A stretch of DNA of 32,000 nucleotides from Methylophaga frappieri (lineage in GTDB: Bacteria > Pseudomonadota > Gammaproteobacteria > Nitrosococcales > Methylophagaceae). Numbering within the stretch: position 1 is the stretch's first letter; each line of letters starts with the position of its first letter. The stretch is taken from positions 1,890,001 through 1,922,000 of the forward strand of contig NC_017856.1 in the NCBI RefSeq assembly GCF_000260965.1, written 5' to 3'. The position numbers and the translations under genes were made by a program. The notes under the pieces were generated by a model. That model was given only the letters and a program-made list of their open reading frames with translations, was not told where the DNA came from and searched no databases. Below are positions 19,330 through 27,403 of this stretch, piece after piece.

Positions 19330-20466
19330 CTAGAACTGCAGTTGCATTGAAACGACGAATTGATCCTGATCTGCCAATCCTTCTCTTTCCAGGTCGCGAT
19401 AAACCGCAGTGACGGAGGCGTTGTAACCATCAATGAAGTAGTTCACCCCAAAATCTGTACGCTCTGTTTCGCCCGCATCAGAGTCAAAGCTCTGGTAGCG
19501 AACAAATGGCATGAACTGGCCCCAACCCACTTTTTGGTTGAAGATATAGCCCGTACTGACGTAGTAAGCTTCGCCCTGCTCAGACAAAAACACATCATCG
19601 GTGTCGTAATCGAAGTAGGCGGCCTCAAGAGATACCGCACCTGCGGCTAGTTTTTTCTCTACCAGTAAATCCACCGTCCACTGGGAATAATCACCAACGG
19701 CCGTTGTAGAAGCCGCACCATCCCCTTTATGACGACCTGCCACACCAATAGTGAATATGTCTTTGGTGCCAAGATAATTACCGGTGCCGTAATAACCCGG
19801 CTCTTTATCCCAAAAGCTATATTGCAGACGGCCGGCATACATCAGGTCATCATCCTGGTTTGGATTGGTCGCATTACCGCCCCGGCCAGCTTCATTACCG
19901 AGTCCACTGAATTCAAAAATTTTGTCCGCTTCGAACAGTCCAAATGAGTAAGCCAGCCGCTGATCGAATGCCGTTGCTACCAGCGCGACACCATCATCGC
20001 GACCGATAGTGCCGCCATTCCAGCCATAGCGTGCGGTAATATTTGCCCAGTAGCCGTCACCGGAGGTGTAGTAAGGTCCGGCCATGTTGGCGCGACTGCT
20101 TGGTGACAAGAATCGACCCGCCCATAGCGCCATGTCTGGTGTGAACTGAAATATCCCGGCCGCATCAATAATTTGAAAAGAGTCATTGCCACCGGATTTT
20201 TCCGAATTGAACATCCCTTTGATGTATTTATTTAACGAGCCCGAAACATACAAACGCGCACTATCCAGTTCAAAATCGTTGGTGTTGCCACCATCACTTG
20301 CCGCGTCTTCAATATTGCTATAGCTGCCACGCAGACCAAAGCCAACGCTGATGTATTGATCTTCACCAAAGGTAATCGTGCCCGCGGCCTGTGATGTTGC
20401 CATCGGAGCAAGCGTGGTTGTCGAAGCCAGCGCGACCAGATAGGCGACTTTGTTCATTTTTTTCAT
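19330..20466 (-). CDS. fmdC: Outer-membrane porin, FmdC-like (short-chain amide/urea porin)
   Basis: Signal peptide MKKMNKVAYLVALASTTTLAPMATSQA, alternating beta-strand pattern, C-terminal ...SMQLQF. It is the first gene of the fmd block. Confidence 0.7.
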   Translation of the reverse strand: MKKMNKVAYLVALASTTTLAPMATSQAAGTITFGEDQYISVGFGLRGSYSNIEDAASDGGNTNDFELDSARLYVSGSLNKYIKGMFNSEKSGGNDSFQIIDAAGIFQFTPDMALWAGRFLSPSSRANMAGPYYTSGDGYWANITARYGWNGGTIGRDDGVALVATAFDQRLAYSFGLFEADKIFEFSGLGNEAGRGGNATNPNQDDDLMYAGRLQYSFWDKEPGYYGTGNYLGTKDIFTIGVAGRHKGDGAASTTAVGDYSQWTVDLLVEKKLAAGAVSLEAAYFDYDTDDVFLSEQGEAYYVSTGYIFNQKVGWGQFMPFVRYQSFDSDAGETERTDFGVNYFIDGYNASVTAVYRDLEREGLADQDQFVVSMQLQF

Positions 20467-20659
20467 TCTTTTTCTCCCGAAAACTTACTGATAACAGTTG
20501 CTGTTGAATTCGCTCCGGTGCGCATCAACCATGAGGTTCGGGATTCATACTAGTCAGGTGTGTGCCGTGCTGAAATACGTCAAATTGCGTAGTCGTGTTT
20601 TGGTCAGTTTCCGTTAGGCTATTGCTAACCGACTCTATATATCTGGCAGAGGCAAACTC

Positions 20660-21157
20660 ATGGAAATCAATACAAAACAATCACTTATTGGGATATTTTT
20701 ACTTGGCGCGATGGCCATGACGTCAGGTTGCGGGGGCGAATTCAGCTATAAGCGCGGTGCATCGGCAACCGACTTTCAGCAAGAAAAGCAGCGTTGTGAA
20801 AAAGTCGCTGACTCAGCGACTGAACAAGATAAATGCCTGCAAGACAAAGGCTGGTTAGTGGTCGGCCCAGATAAGCCCTTGATTCCTTTGAGTCGAGGTG
20901 AAAGTAAAACGATTGCTGTTGCTGATAAGGCACTTGCTCCCGAAGCTGGAAAACCGGTTGATCCGTTGGAGAAATTGACGGTTAATTCATGGTGGCGTGT
21001 TGGCGCTGGTCCAGAAAAACTGCTTGCCGATAGCGCCGACTGCAATGCGTCATTGGGAGAGGGGCATGCCCCTGAGGCCAACCTGAGCATCGTCACCCGA
21101 GGCTTGCTGGCCTGTATGCAGGACAAAGGCTGGGCCGTGCTATTACAACAAAACTAG
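20660..21157 (+). CDS. Hypothetical lipoprotein with a duplicated Cys-Cys-QDKGW motif
   Basis: Lipobox AMTSG|C, GAGG 8 nt upstream of the ATG. One of only two credible plus-strand genes in the window. Confidence 0.6.
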   Translation: MEINTKQSLIGIFLLGAMAMTSGCGGEFSYKRGASATDFQQEKQRCEKVADSATEQDKCLQDKGWLVVGPDKPLIPLSRGESKTIAVADKALAPEAGKPVDPLEKLTVNSWWRVGAGPEKLLADSADCNASLGEGHAPEANLSIVTRGLLACMQDKGWAVLLQQN

Positions 21158-21158
21158 G

Positions 21159-22283
21159 TCAAGCGTTTGGCGCTTTCAATATGACGGCTGCCTGGTAGCG
21201 CGGCCGACCGTAACCCAATAAACGGTTAAATTCTTTGTGTGTCACAGGCACATATAAGCTATCCGTCAGGGTTTTATCATCATCCCAATCAATATCAGGG
21301 TCATGAAAGTACACAAACGTGTCCGATATGGAGGCCAGTAACACCCAGTGGGGGGATTTGCTTTGATTTAAACGATAAGAGCTTATCAAGGCCACCACTA
21401 ACGCACCGTCGTTCAGGTAATTACGTAGCTCGTTGACATCCAGACCTTGGTAAGTGAGGGTGATGCTGGATGCCGCAATTTGCTGCATAAAGTCTTTATG
21501 GACACACGCCATAACCTGTTTTTTCTCATCACTGCGCACTCCATTGATAAACGGCACGTCATCACTATTGGTAATGAGTGTGGTCGCAAACCCTCTGCGG
21601 TTCGCGGCCAATGCCAAGCCTTGAGCACTACAGCCACCATGGCCTGATGTCATAAAGATGGTGGTCGCCTCTCGCCAAATTTGCAGTTCAAGCGTTTGAT
21701 CCAAGGTCGGCCAATCAGCAGCTAAAGTTTTCATTGCCATCATCAAACTGGCAGGGCCACAGGTGAAGTCGGTACTTTGAGAGTAATGCACCACCTGGTT
21801 TTGCAAGGCATCAGGCTCTGGTTGCAAGACTTTCATCATTCGCATGGCATCAGTGTGGTCTTCATAAAAATCACTGACCACATCAAAGTGCTTATAACCT
21901 AATTTTTGATACAAGCGGATTGCACCCGCATTGTCCGGTCTGACTTCAAGACGGATAAAACTTCTGCCTGCTGCCAACGCCGCTTTTTCTATTGCCACCA
22001 TCAGCTGGTTAGCAACCCCTTGTTGTCGAAAATCAGGCGATACGGCGAGAGAATAAATACGTCCTAAAGAGGTGCCTCTGACATATAAAATCAACGCATA
22101 ACCAGCTAACTGATCGTTTCTTTCCGCCAGCAATAATAATGCGTTGGCTTTATTTATCATCCAGCGAAAACTGCGTGGCGACAGCCGATCTGAGGTAAAA
22201 CACACCCGCTCCAGATTCACCAGCGCAGGCACATCCTCTAAGGTTGCGGTCCGGATATGTAGCGATTTTTCAGTTACGCACAT
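21159..22283 (-). CDS. Bifunctional GNAT N-acetyltransferase / papain-fold (C39-like) cysteine peptidase
   Basis: Residues 1-155 are GNAT (RQQGVANQL acetyl-CoA loop, RLYQKLGY). Residues 165-374 are peptidase-like (QSTDFTCGPASLMMA, SPHWVLL, FHDPD). The ATG lies 1 nt after the upstream gene's stop. Confidence 0.8.
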   Translation of the reverse strand: MCVTEKSLHIRTATLEDVPALVNLERVCFTSDRLSPRSFRWMINKANALLLLAERNDQLAGYALILYVRGTSLGRIYSLAVSPDFRQQGVANQLMVAIEKAALAAGRSFIRLEVRPDNAGAIRLYQKLGYKHFDVVSDFYEDHTDAMRMMKVLQPEPDALQNQVVHYSQSTDFTCGPASLMMAMKTLAADWPTLDQTLELQIWREATTIFMTSGHGGCSAQGLALAANRRGFATTLITNSDDVPFINGVRSDEKKQVMACVHKDFMQQIAASSITLTYQGLDVNELRNYLNDGALVVALISSYRLNQSKSPHWVLLASISDTFVYFHDPDIDWDDDKTLTDSLYVPVTHKEFNRLLGYGRPRYQAAVILKAPNA

Positions 22284-22284
22284 G

Positions 22285-23247
22285 CTACTGGCCCGTTAAT
22301 CCCTCAAGCGCCATTTCAATGACCTGACGGCCACGAAATAAAACCAATTCCTGCCATTGCGTCTCATTCGGGCAAAAATAATCCTGCAAGGCATGTTTAA
22401 TATCCAGGGTTGCTTGATCAGACCAATCCACCTTCCCTTTTTGTTGTAACTGATGGTCAGCATACAACACCTGTAACATCTCACTATTACCAAAAGTGCC
22501 GTATTCCAGCGTCAGGAAACAGACCTGCTCTCCCTGACCATGCCAAAAATAATCATGCAATCCATATTTCATTCCAGAACTGGATGTGCCAAGTGCTGGC
22601 TCGGTCACCGTTGCGCCAAACAAATTTCGAGCCGTTTGTGTGGCTTTACTACCGGGGGGATGATCACAAATTAATTCACCATATCCATAGGGGCCGAGGC
22701 CACTATGAATATCGATGACAACGACGCTGTCGCGTTTTTCTGGCTTAATTTGCAATGCCAGCTGCTCGATGACTTCTCGTGACCAACTCGGCTTATCGCC
22801 TCCGAAGTATAGTGCATCACGCTGCTGATATTGACCTTGGCTTAAAGTGTCGAAAAGCGCTCTCTGACCACCAATATCTGCGGTATCCTGCTGACTCAGT
22901 TTTGCCCAAACCTGAAGCGCTTCAACTGAATCCGGCAGCGGCGCCGCGAAATCGACAAAATTTCGATTAATATCGATGCCATCATTGTCACTTCGGGATG
23001 CCCAAGCAAATCCCCAGGGATTAATCGCGTGGACCAATATCACACACACCTCTGCAGGCAAGCGTCGGTGACGACCCATAAAGTCAGACTGAATCGCTGA
23101 GCCCACCCCGCCTTCCACGCCATGCAGACCAGAAACCAAAACGAGTACATGCTTAGCTTTGGGGTTACCCGCCCAAGCAATATCGCAATACAGTTTTTCA
23201 TTTTTTGGACCACGCAAAGGATGCGCAATACTGTTAAACCGTTCCAC
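22285..23247 (-). CDS. DUF2817 / M14-like zinc carboxypeptidase-fold protein; the 5' end appears frameshifted (see finding at 23247-23336)
   Basis: SGLHGVEG, INPWGF and DINRNF motifs. The open frame begins only at a GTG, while the family-typical N-terminus (FSQRYAEARNTFF) lies in another frame at 23271-23336. Confidence 0.8.
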   Translation of the reverse strand: MERFNSIAHPLRGPKNEKLYCDIAWAGNPKAKHVLVLVSGLHGVEGGVGSAIQSDFMGRHRRLPAEVCVILVHAINPWGFAWASRSDNDGIDINRNFVDFAAPLPDSVEALQVWAKLSQQDTADIGGQRALFDTLSQGQYQQRDALYFGGDKPSWSREVIEQLALQIKPEKRDSVVVIDIHSGLGPYGYGELICDHPPGSKATQTARNLFGATVTEPALGTSSSGMKYGLHDYFWHGQGEQVCFLTLEYGTFGNSEMLQVLYADHQLQQKGKVDWSDQATLDIKHALQDYFCPNETQWQELVLFRGRQVIEMALEGLTGQ

Positions 23248-23497
23248 AACTGAACTGGTCTCGACAGCCGAAAAAACGTATTACGTGCCTCAGCATAACG
23301 TTGGGAAAACACGCTCAAAACAGCATCTGCATACATGACATCAACGCTCCTGAAAAAGTTGGCGAAGAATAGGCGTTTTGTCGGATTTTGACCAGACAAT
23401 CTGCTGCTTTGCAAAATTTTTTTGTTGCGTAACGGACGATTGGTTTTATCATGCACAAATTGGCATTAATCACTTTCTGGAGCGTGCTGCTGACTTT

Positions 23498-24982
23498 ATG
23501 AGTAACCATTTGATAATTGTAGAAAATCTTGGTGACTGGGCACCTTACTTTCCAAGCGCTCAAGTCGTCGCCGTTGATGATTACTTGCAAAACCCGAGTG
23601 TGATTTCTGGTGGTCGCGCGCAAATCATCAATTTGTGCGGCAGCCTCGATTACCTCAGTCCAGGCTATTACTGCTCAATGGTCGCTGAAGCCCGTGATCA
23701 TCGTGTGATGCCAAGTCTGCGTACTATCAATGATTTATCGCGTAAAAGTCTCTACGCCTTTGATCTGGGTGAGCTCAGCAACCAGCTGGATAAAGTGATT
23801 GCGGCCTGTGGCAAGCAGTCAGAAACACAGTTCAAACTCACCGTCTTTTTTGGTCAATGTGAATTCAAGGCACTGCAAAAGCTGGCGAGACAAATTTACG
23901 AGCAATATCCCTGCCCAATTCTGGAAATCGCGTTTACCCATAAAGGCCATTGGTTAATCAGTCAGATTCGGGCTGGCGCGTTGACCCAGCTTAATGAACA
24001 CGATCAAGATTTATTCGCCAATGCGCTGGATGCATTCAGTCATAAACTGTGGCGAAAGCCCTCACGCCGCCGGCAATACCGCTATGACATGGCCATTTTG
24101 CATAACCCGCATGAGACGATGCCGCCAAGCGACGCTACTGCACTAAAGCGGTTTATCAGCAGTGGTAAACGTATTGGCATTGATGTCGAGCTGATTACGC
24201 CGCGAGATTACATTCGTTTGGCTGAATATGATGCCTTGTTCATTCGTGAAACGACGGCTATCGACAACCATACCTATAAATTCGCCCGTCGGGCCGAGAG
24301 TGAAGGCTTGGTGGTTGTCGATGACCCAACCTCCATTATTCGCTGCACCAACAAGATTTACCTTAAAGAATTGCTGGAAAAACATCAGTTGCCCATGCCT
24401 GAGTCGCATCTGCTTTACCGCAATGATACGACCGGGCTACAAAAACTGTGTGAGACAGCTTCGTTTCCGTTAGTTATGAAAATTCCGGATGGCGCGTTTT
24501 CCAAAGGGGTCATCAAGGTCAACAATGCCGATGAATTGCAAACCAATGCCGCTGCCTTTTTCCAGCAATCGGCCATTATCCTGTTGCAGGAATTTATGTT
24601 TACTGACTATGACTGGCGTATTGGCGTGTTTAATAACCAGCCCATCTACGCCTGTCAGTACTTTATGAGTAAAGGTCACTGGCAGATCTATAATCATAAT
24701 AGTAAAAAAGGCACCGCCTCAGGCAAATCCACGGCCATACCGGTGTCAGAAGTACCGGAAAAAGTCCTTAAAATCGCCACCAAGGCGGCCAAATTAGTTG
24801 GCGACGGACTTTATGGTATTGATATTAAGCAGAGCGGCAACCGCATTGTTATCATCGAGGTCAATGATAATCCGAGCATCGACGCCGGTGTCGAAGACGA
24901 TTATCTCGGCATGGCATTGTACGACGATATTATGCGGGAGTTTTTACGCCGACTGGAAGCCACTAAAGCGGCACGTGGCTAA
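23498..24982 (+). CDS. RimK-like ATP-grasp amidoligase with an N-terminal RLAN-type domain
   Basis: The C-terminal ~290 aa are a RimK-type ATP-grasp (FPLVMKIPDGAFSKGV, LLQEF, IIEVNDNPS). The N-terminal ~200 aa are an extra domain. I chose the first ATG at 23498, because the ORF-track TTG at 23378 runs toward the divergent gene. Confidence 0.85.
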   Translation: MSNHLIIVENLGDWAPYFPSAQVVAVDDYLQNPSVISGGRAQIINLCGSLDYLSPGYYCSMVAEARDHRVMPSLRTINDLSRKSLYAFDLGELSNQLDKVIAACGKQSETQFKLTVFFGQCEFKALQKLARQIYEQYPCPILEIAFTHKGHWLISQIRAGALTQLNEHDQDLFANALDAFSHKLWRKPSRRRQYRYDMAILHNPHETMPPSDATALKRFISSGKRIGIDVELITPRDYIRLAEYDALFIRETTAIDNHTYKFARRAESEGLVVVDDPTSIIRCTNKIYLKELLEKHQLPMPESHLLYRNDTTGLQKLCETASFPLVMKIPDGAFSKGVIKVNNADELQTNAAAFFQQSAIILLQEFMFTDYDWRIGVFNNQPIYACQYFMSKGHWQIYNHNSKKGTASGKSTAIPVSEVPEKVLKIATKAAKLVGDGLYGIDIKQSGNRIVIIEVNDNPSIDAGVEDDYLGMALYDDIMREFLRRLEATKAARG

Positions 24983-25006
24983 GTTTGCATTGATTCAATG
25001 ATCAGC

Positions 25007-25043
25007 AAAGATGCCAGATTGGTTCTGGCATCTTTCGCTTTTT
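25007..25043 (+). terminator. Rho-independent terminator after the RimK-like gene
   Basis: An 11-bp stem AAAGATGCCAG/CTGGCATCTTT with a 7-nt loop, followed by CGCTTTTT. Confidence 0.7.
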
Positions 25044-25097
25044 ATACCCGTTAGATTCCAGCCTATGCTGGAGTGATGAGATTAGATAGAACCGCTA

Positions 25098-26174
25098 CTA
25101 ACTGGAATGATGTAACGCTTTCGTTCGATACAGCATATATAACGCGATAGGCGCACCCACTAAACCGATAACCGCATTTAAATGGAATACATGTCGACTC
25201 CAGGGCATGTGCACCACCCAATCAGCCGCTAATCCCAACGTGGCGCCAATCAGTCCGGCTGCGGGTAATAAAATCCGATGATCGGCACTACGCATAAATG
25301 CCCGCGCCAGTTGCGCCGCCACCAGGCCCAGAAAAGCGACCGGACCACAAAAAGCCGTCACCACACCACATAACAAACCAATCACCATCAAGGTTATGGC
25401 TTTGACACGCCCCACCGCCACGCCCATTGATGCCGCATAATTTTCCCCCAACAATAAACTGTTTAACGGTTTAATCAGCGCGATACTGGCGATCAGCCCA
25501 ACGATCACACAGGGAATCAGGATCTGTAATTGTTGATCGGTCGCCCCAGCGAAACTGGCATCATTCCAAATTTTGAAAGCCTGGGCCTGATTTTCATCAA
25601 TAAAGTGCATCAGCATGCTGATTAATCCGACCGAAAAATAACCAATCATCAAGCCCATAATCAGCAGTGTTACCACCCCGACGCGACGCGACAGTAATGC
25701 CAATAACCCCAGAATGGCACAAGAACCCAAAATCGACGCGACGGCTAAGCCAATATCACCAATCAAACCGTAACGTAATAAAAACGCGTTGCCGACCACA
25801 CCGGTCAACGTCACTAACAAAGCACAAGCCAATCGCGCGCCATGAACAATGCCTAACACATACGGATCGGCCAGTGGATTACGAAACAAGGTTTGTAGCA
25901 TCAAGCCAGCCACCCCCAACGCCGCACCTGAAAATAAGGCATTTAATGCTCTTGGTAATCGAAATTCGAGAATAATATTGGCCCAGGCCGCATTAACCTC
26001 AGTGGTTCCCGTTAATACCGCTTCCCAGACGGCAGCAAGCGGAATCGCCACACTGCCTACGGTGAGTTCAGCAAAAAATAAGGCCAGCGTTAACAAACTG
26101 ATCGCAGCCAGTAAAGCTTTTCGGCTCAACGCCGGCGAAAAAACGGAGCTTGTTGAAATCGTCTTTATCGTCAT
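25098..26174 (-). CDS. Iron-chelate/cobalamin-type ABC transporter permease (FecCD family)
   Basis: Polytopic, with RLPRAL, GAALGVAGLMLQ and GPVAFLGLV motifs. I chose ATG 26174 (2 nt after the upstream stop). An alternative ATG at 26204 would overlap the upstream gene by 28 nt. Confidence 0.88.
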   Translation of the reverse strand: MTIKTISTSSVFSPALSRKALLAAISLLTLALFFAELTVGSVAIPLAAVWEAVLTGTTEVNAAWANIILEFRLPRALNALFSGAALGVAGLMLQTLFRNPLADPYVLGIVHGARLACALLVTLTGVVGNAFLLRYGLIGDIGLAVASILGSCAILGLLALLSRRVGVVTLLIMGLMIGYFSVGLISMLMHFIDENQAQAFKIWNDASFAGATDQQLQILIPCVIVGLIASIALIKPLNSLLLGENYAASMGVAVGRVKAITLMVIGLLCGVVTAFCGPVAFLGLVAAQLARAFMRSADHRILLPAAGLIGATLGLAADWVVHMPWSRHVFHLNAVIGLVGAPIALYMLYRTKALHHSS

Positions 26175-26176
26175 AT

Positions 26177-27403
26177 CTAGGGTAACTGTCGTAGGAATTG
26201 CCATTCTGGTTCAGCCAGCGTTAAACGCTCGGGATGTAATACCGCAATCACTTCGGCTAACTGACGCTCTGGATGTGTCATGCTTTGGTCTTGAAAAGGT
26301 GACGCCCAGGCACCGGTGTAATCCCGATCCCACGCATAAACCTGATCGTTTTCCACTGACTGAAACCAGCCATGTAAGGGATTCGCGCTAATTAACGCGT
26401 TTTTATCTTTTTGTCCGGTCATCGTGCCTAACCACACATCGGCTTGATGGGCACCGGCATACACGGATTCAAATGGCAGAAAAATGAGGCTCCCTGCTCC
26501 TTGATGCGCAAAAATAAACTCGCCCCCTGCATCACGAATTAATTGGGCTTTTTGATTTTGCTGGGCAAACGTCTCAAAACTGGCACGGCTTGATAAATAG
26601 CCGGCCATCACCTTAGGTCGGTTGCTGACATCAGCGACTAACGCCTGCAAGGCATGATAACGTTCAACGCGTTGATTAAAAATGGCTTCAGCGTTGTTTT
26701 CGCGATTGGTCATCAACGCCAGCAGCTTTATCCATTCTGCTCTACCGAGTGGATGAGTTTCATGATGATCGGCTTGCGGTACAGCGGTAACGCCCAGCTC
26801 CCACAATCGAGGATGCATATTGCCGGCCGGATAAGCGGAATAAAAACTCAAATAGACATCGGCTTCAACCGACATCGCTTGCTCAATCGAGGCATGCCCA
26901 TAACCCCACATGTCATGCACCAAACCTTGTTTAATGCGTTGTTGCACCGCAGGCACCGTGACGCCACGGGTGTTATGCGTGCCGTAAAGTCGATCAACGA
27001 TGTCTAATTCAGCTAAAGCGCCTAATACCGAGGCGTTGCCAGCAATCAAACGCTGAATCGGCACTTGAATCACCGGTACATGCTTGGCTTGTTTTGGTAG
27101 CGGCGTGCCACATTGCACCAGCAAAAATTCTATTTGCTCACCGGTATTGGCATTGGGTTTGAACCTGACCCGTTTGTAATGTTGATGGTATTCCACAGAA
27201 AGTTGGGTGGAGTAAGCAAATTCCGTTTTATTCGGAAAATAATCTACATTGGGATCAAAATCCGCCACACAGGCATTATCGAGATTGGCAGTGGGAGATT
27301 GAGGCCCGATCGTCTGCTCAGGCCAGGACTCGCGTTCTGGCGGATCAATTTGTGAACATGCTGTTAACGTAACCAGCCAAAGTAAGCCTACTAACGCACG
27401 CAT
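26177..27403 (-). CDS. Periplasmic substrate-binding lipoprotein (iron-siderophore/cobalamin type) with a ~100-aa N-terminal extension
   Basis: Lipobox LTLTA|C. A class III binding-protein-like core starts near PIQRLIAGNASVLGALAEL. The start overlaps the ATPase stop (TAATG). Confidence 0.78.
   Translation of the reverse strand: MRALVGLLWLVTLTACSQIDPPERESWPEQTIGPQSPTANLDNACVADFDPNVDYFPNKTEFAYSTQLSVEYHQHYKRVRFKPNANTGEQIEFLLVQCGTPLPKQAKHVPVIQVPIQRLIAGNASVLGALAELDIVDRLYGTHNTRGVTVPAVQQRIKQGLVHDMWGYGHASIEQAMSVEADVYLSFYSAYPAGNMHPRLWELGVTAVPQADHHETHPLGRAEWIKLLALMTNRENNAEAIFNQRVERYHALQALVADVSNRPKVMAGYLSSRASFETFAQQNQKAQLIRDAGGEFIFAHQGAGSLIFLPFESVYAGAHQADVWLGTMTGQKDKNALISANPLHGWFQSVENDQVYAWDRDYTGAWASPFQDQSMTHPERQLAEVIAVLHPERLTLAEPEWQFLRQLP

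Noticed and set aside
20551-20567. Possible sigma-54 promoter (CGGCAC-N5-TGAC on the minus strand) upstream of fmdC, which would be expected for a nitrogen-regulated operon.
   Set aside because: The invariant -12 GC is missing and the -24 element starts with C instead of T. A weak sigma-70-like TTTCAG-N17-TAGTAT covers the same bases. I cannot call either promoter from sequence alone.
23265-23285. Programmed -1 ribosomal frameshifting at the T-run of the DUF2817-like gene.
   Set aside because: In the incoming frame the run reads ACG TTT TTT CGG, which is not a canonical X XXY YYZ heptamer. I see only a trivial 4-bp stem downstream. A homopolymer indel or sequencing error is the simpler explanation, so this stays only as an alternative within the finding.
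23378-23497. A 40-codon N-terminal extension of the RimK-like ORF, as given in the ORF track.
   Set aside because: It starts at a TTG, has an odd Cys/Phe-rich translation, and covers most of the divergent control region. The first ATG (23498) gives an N-terminus that I judged the more plausible start.
24998-25054. An 18-codon ORF (MISKDARLVLASFAFYTR) after the RimK-like gene, considered as a possible substrate or precursor peptide.
   Set aside because: It has no RBS, coincides exactly with the terminator hairpin, and has no acidic or otherwise notable C-terminus.
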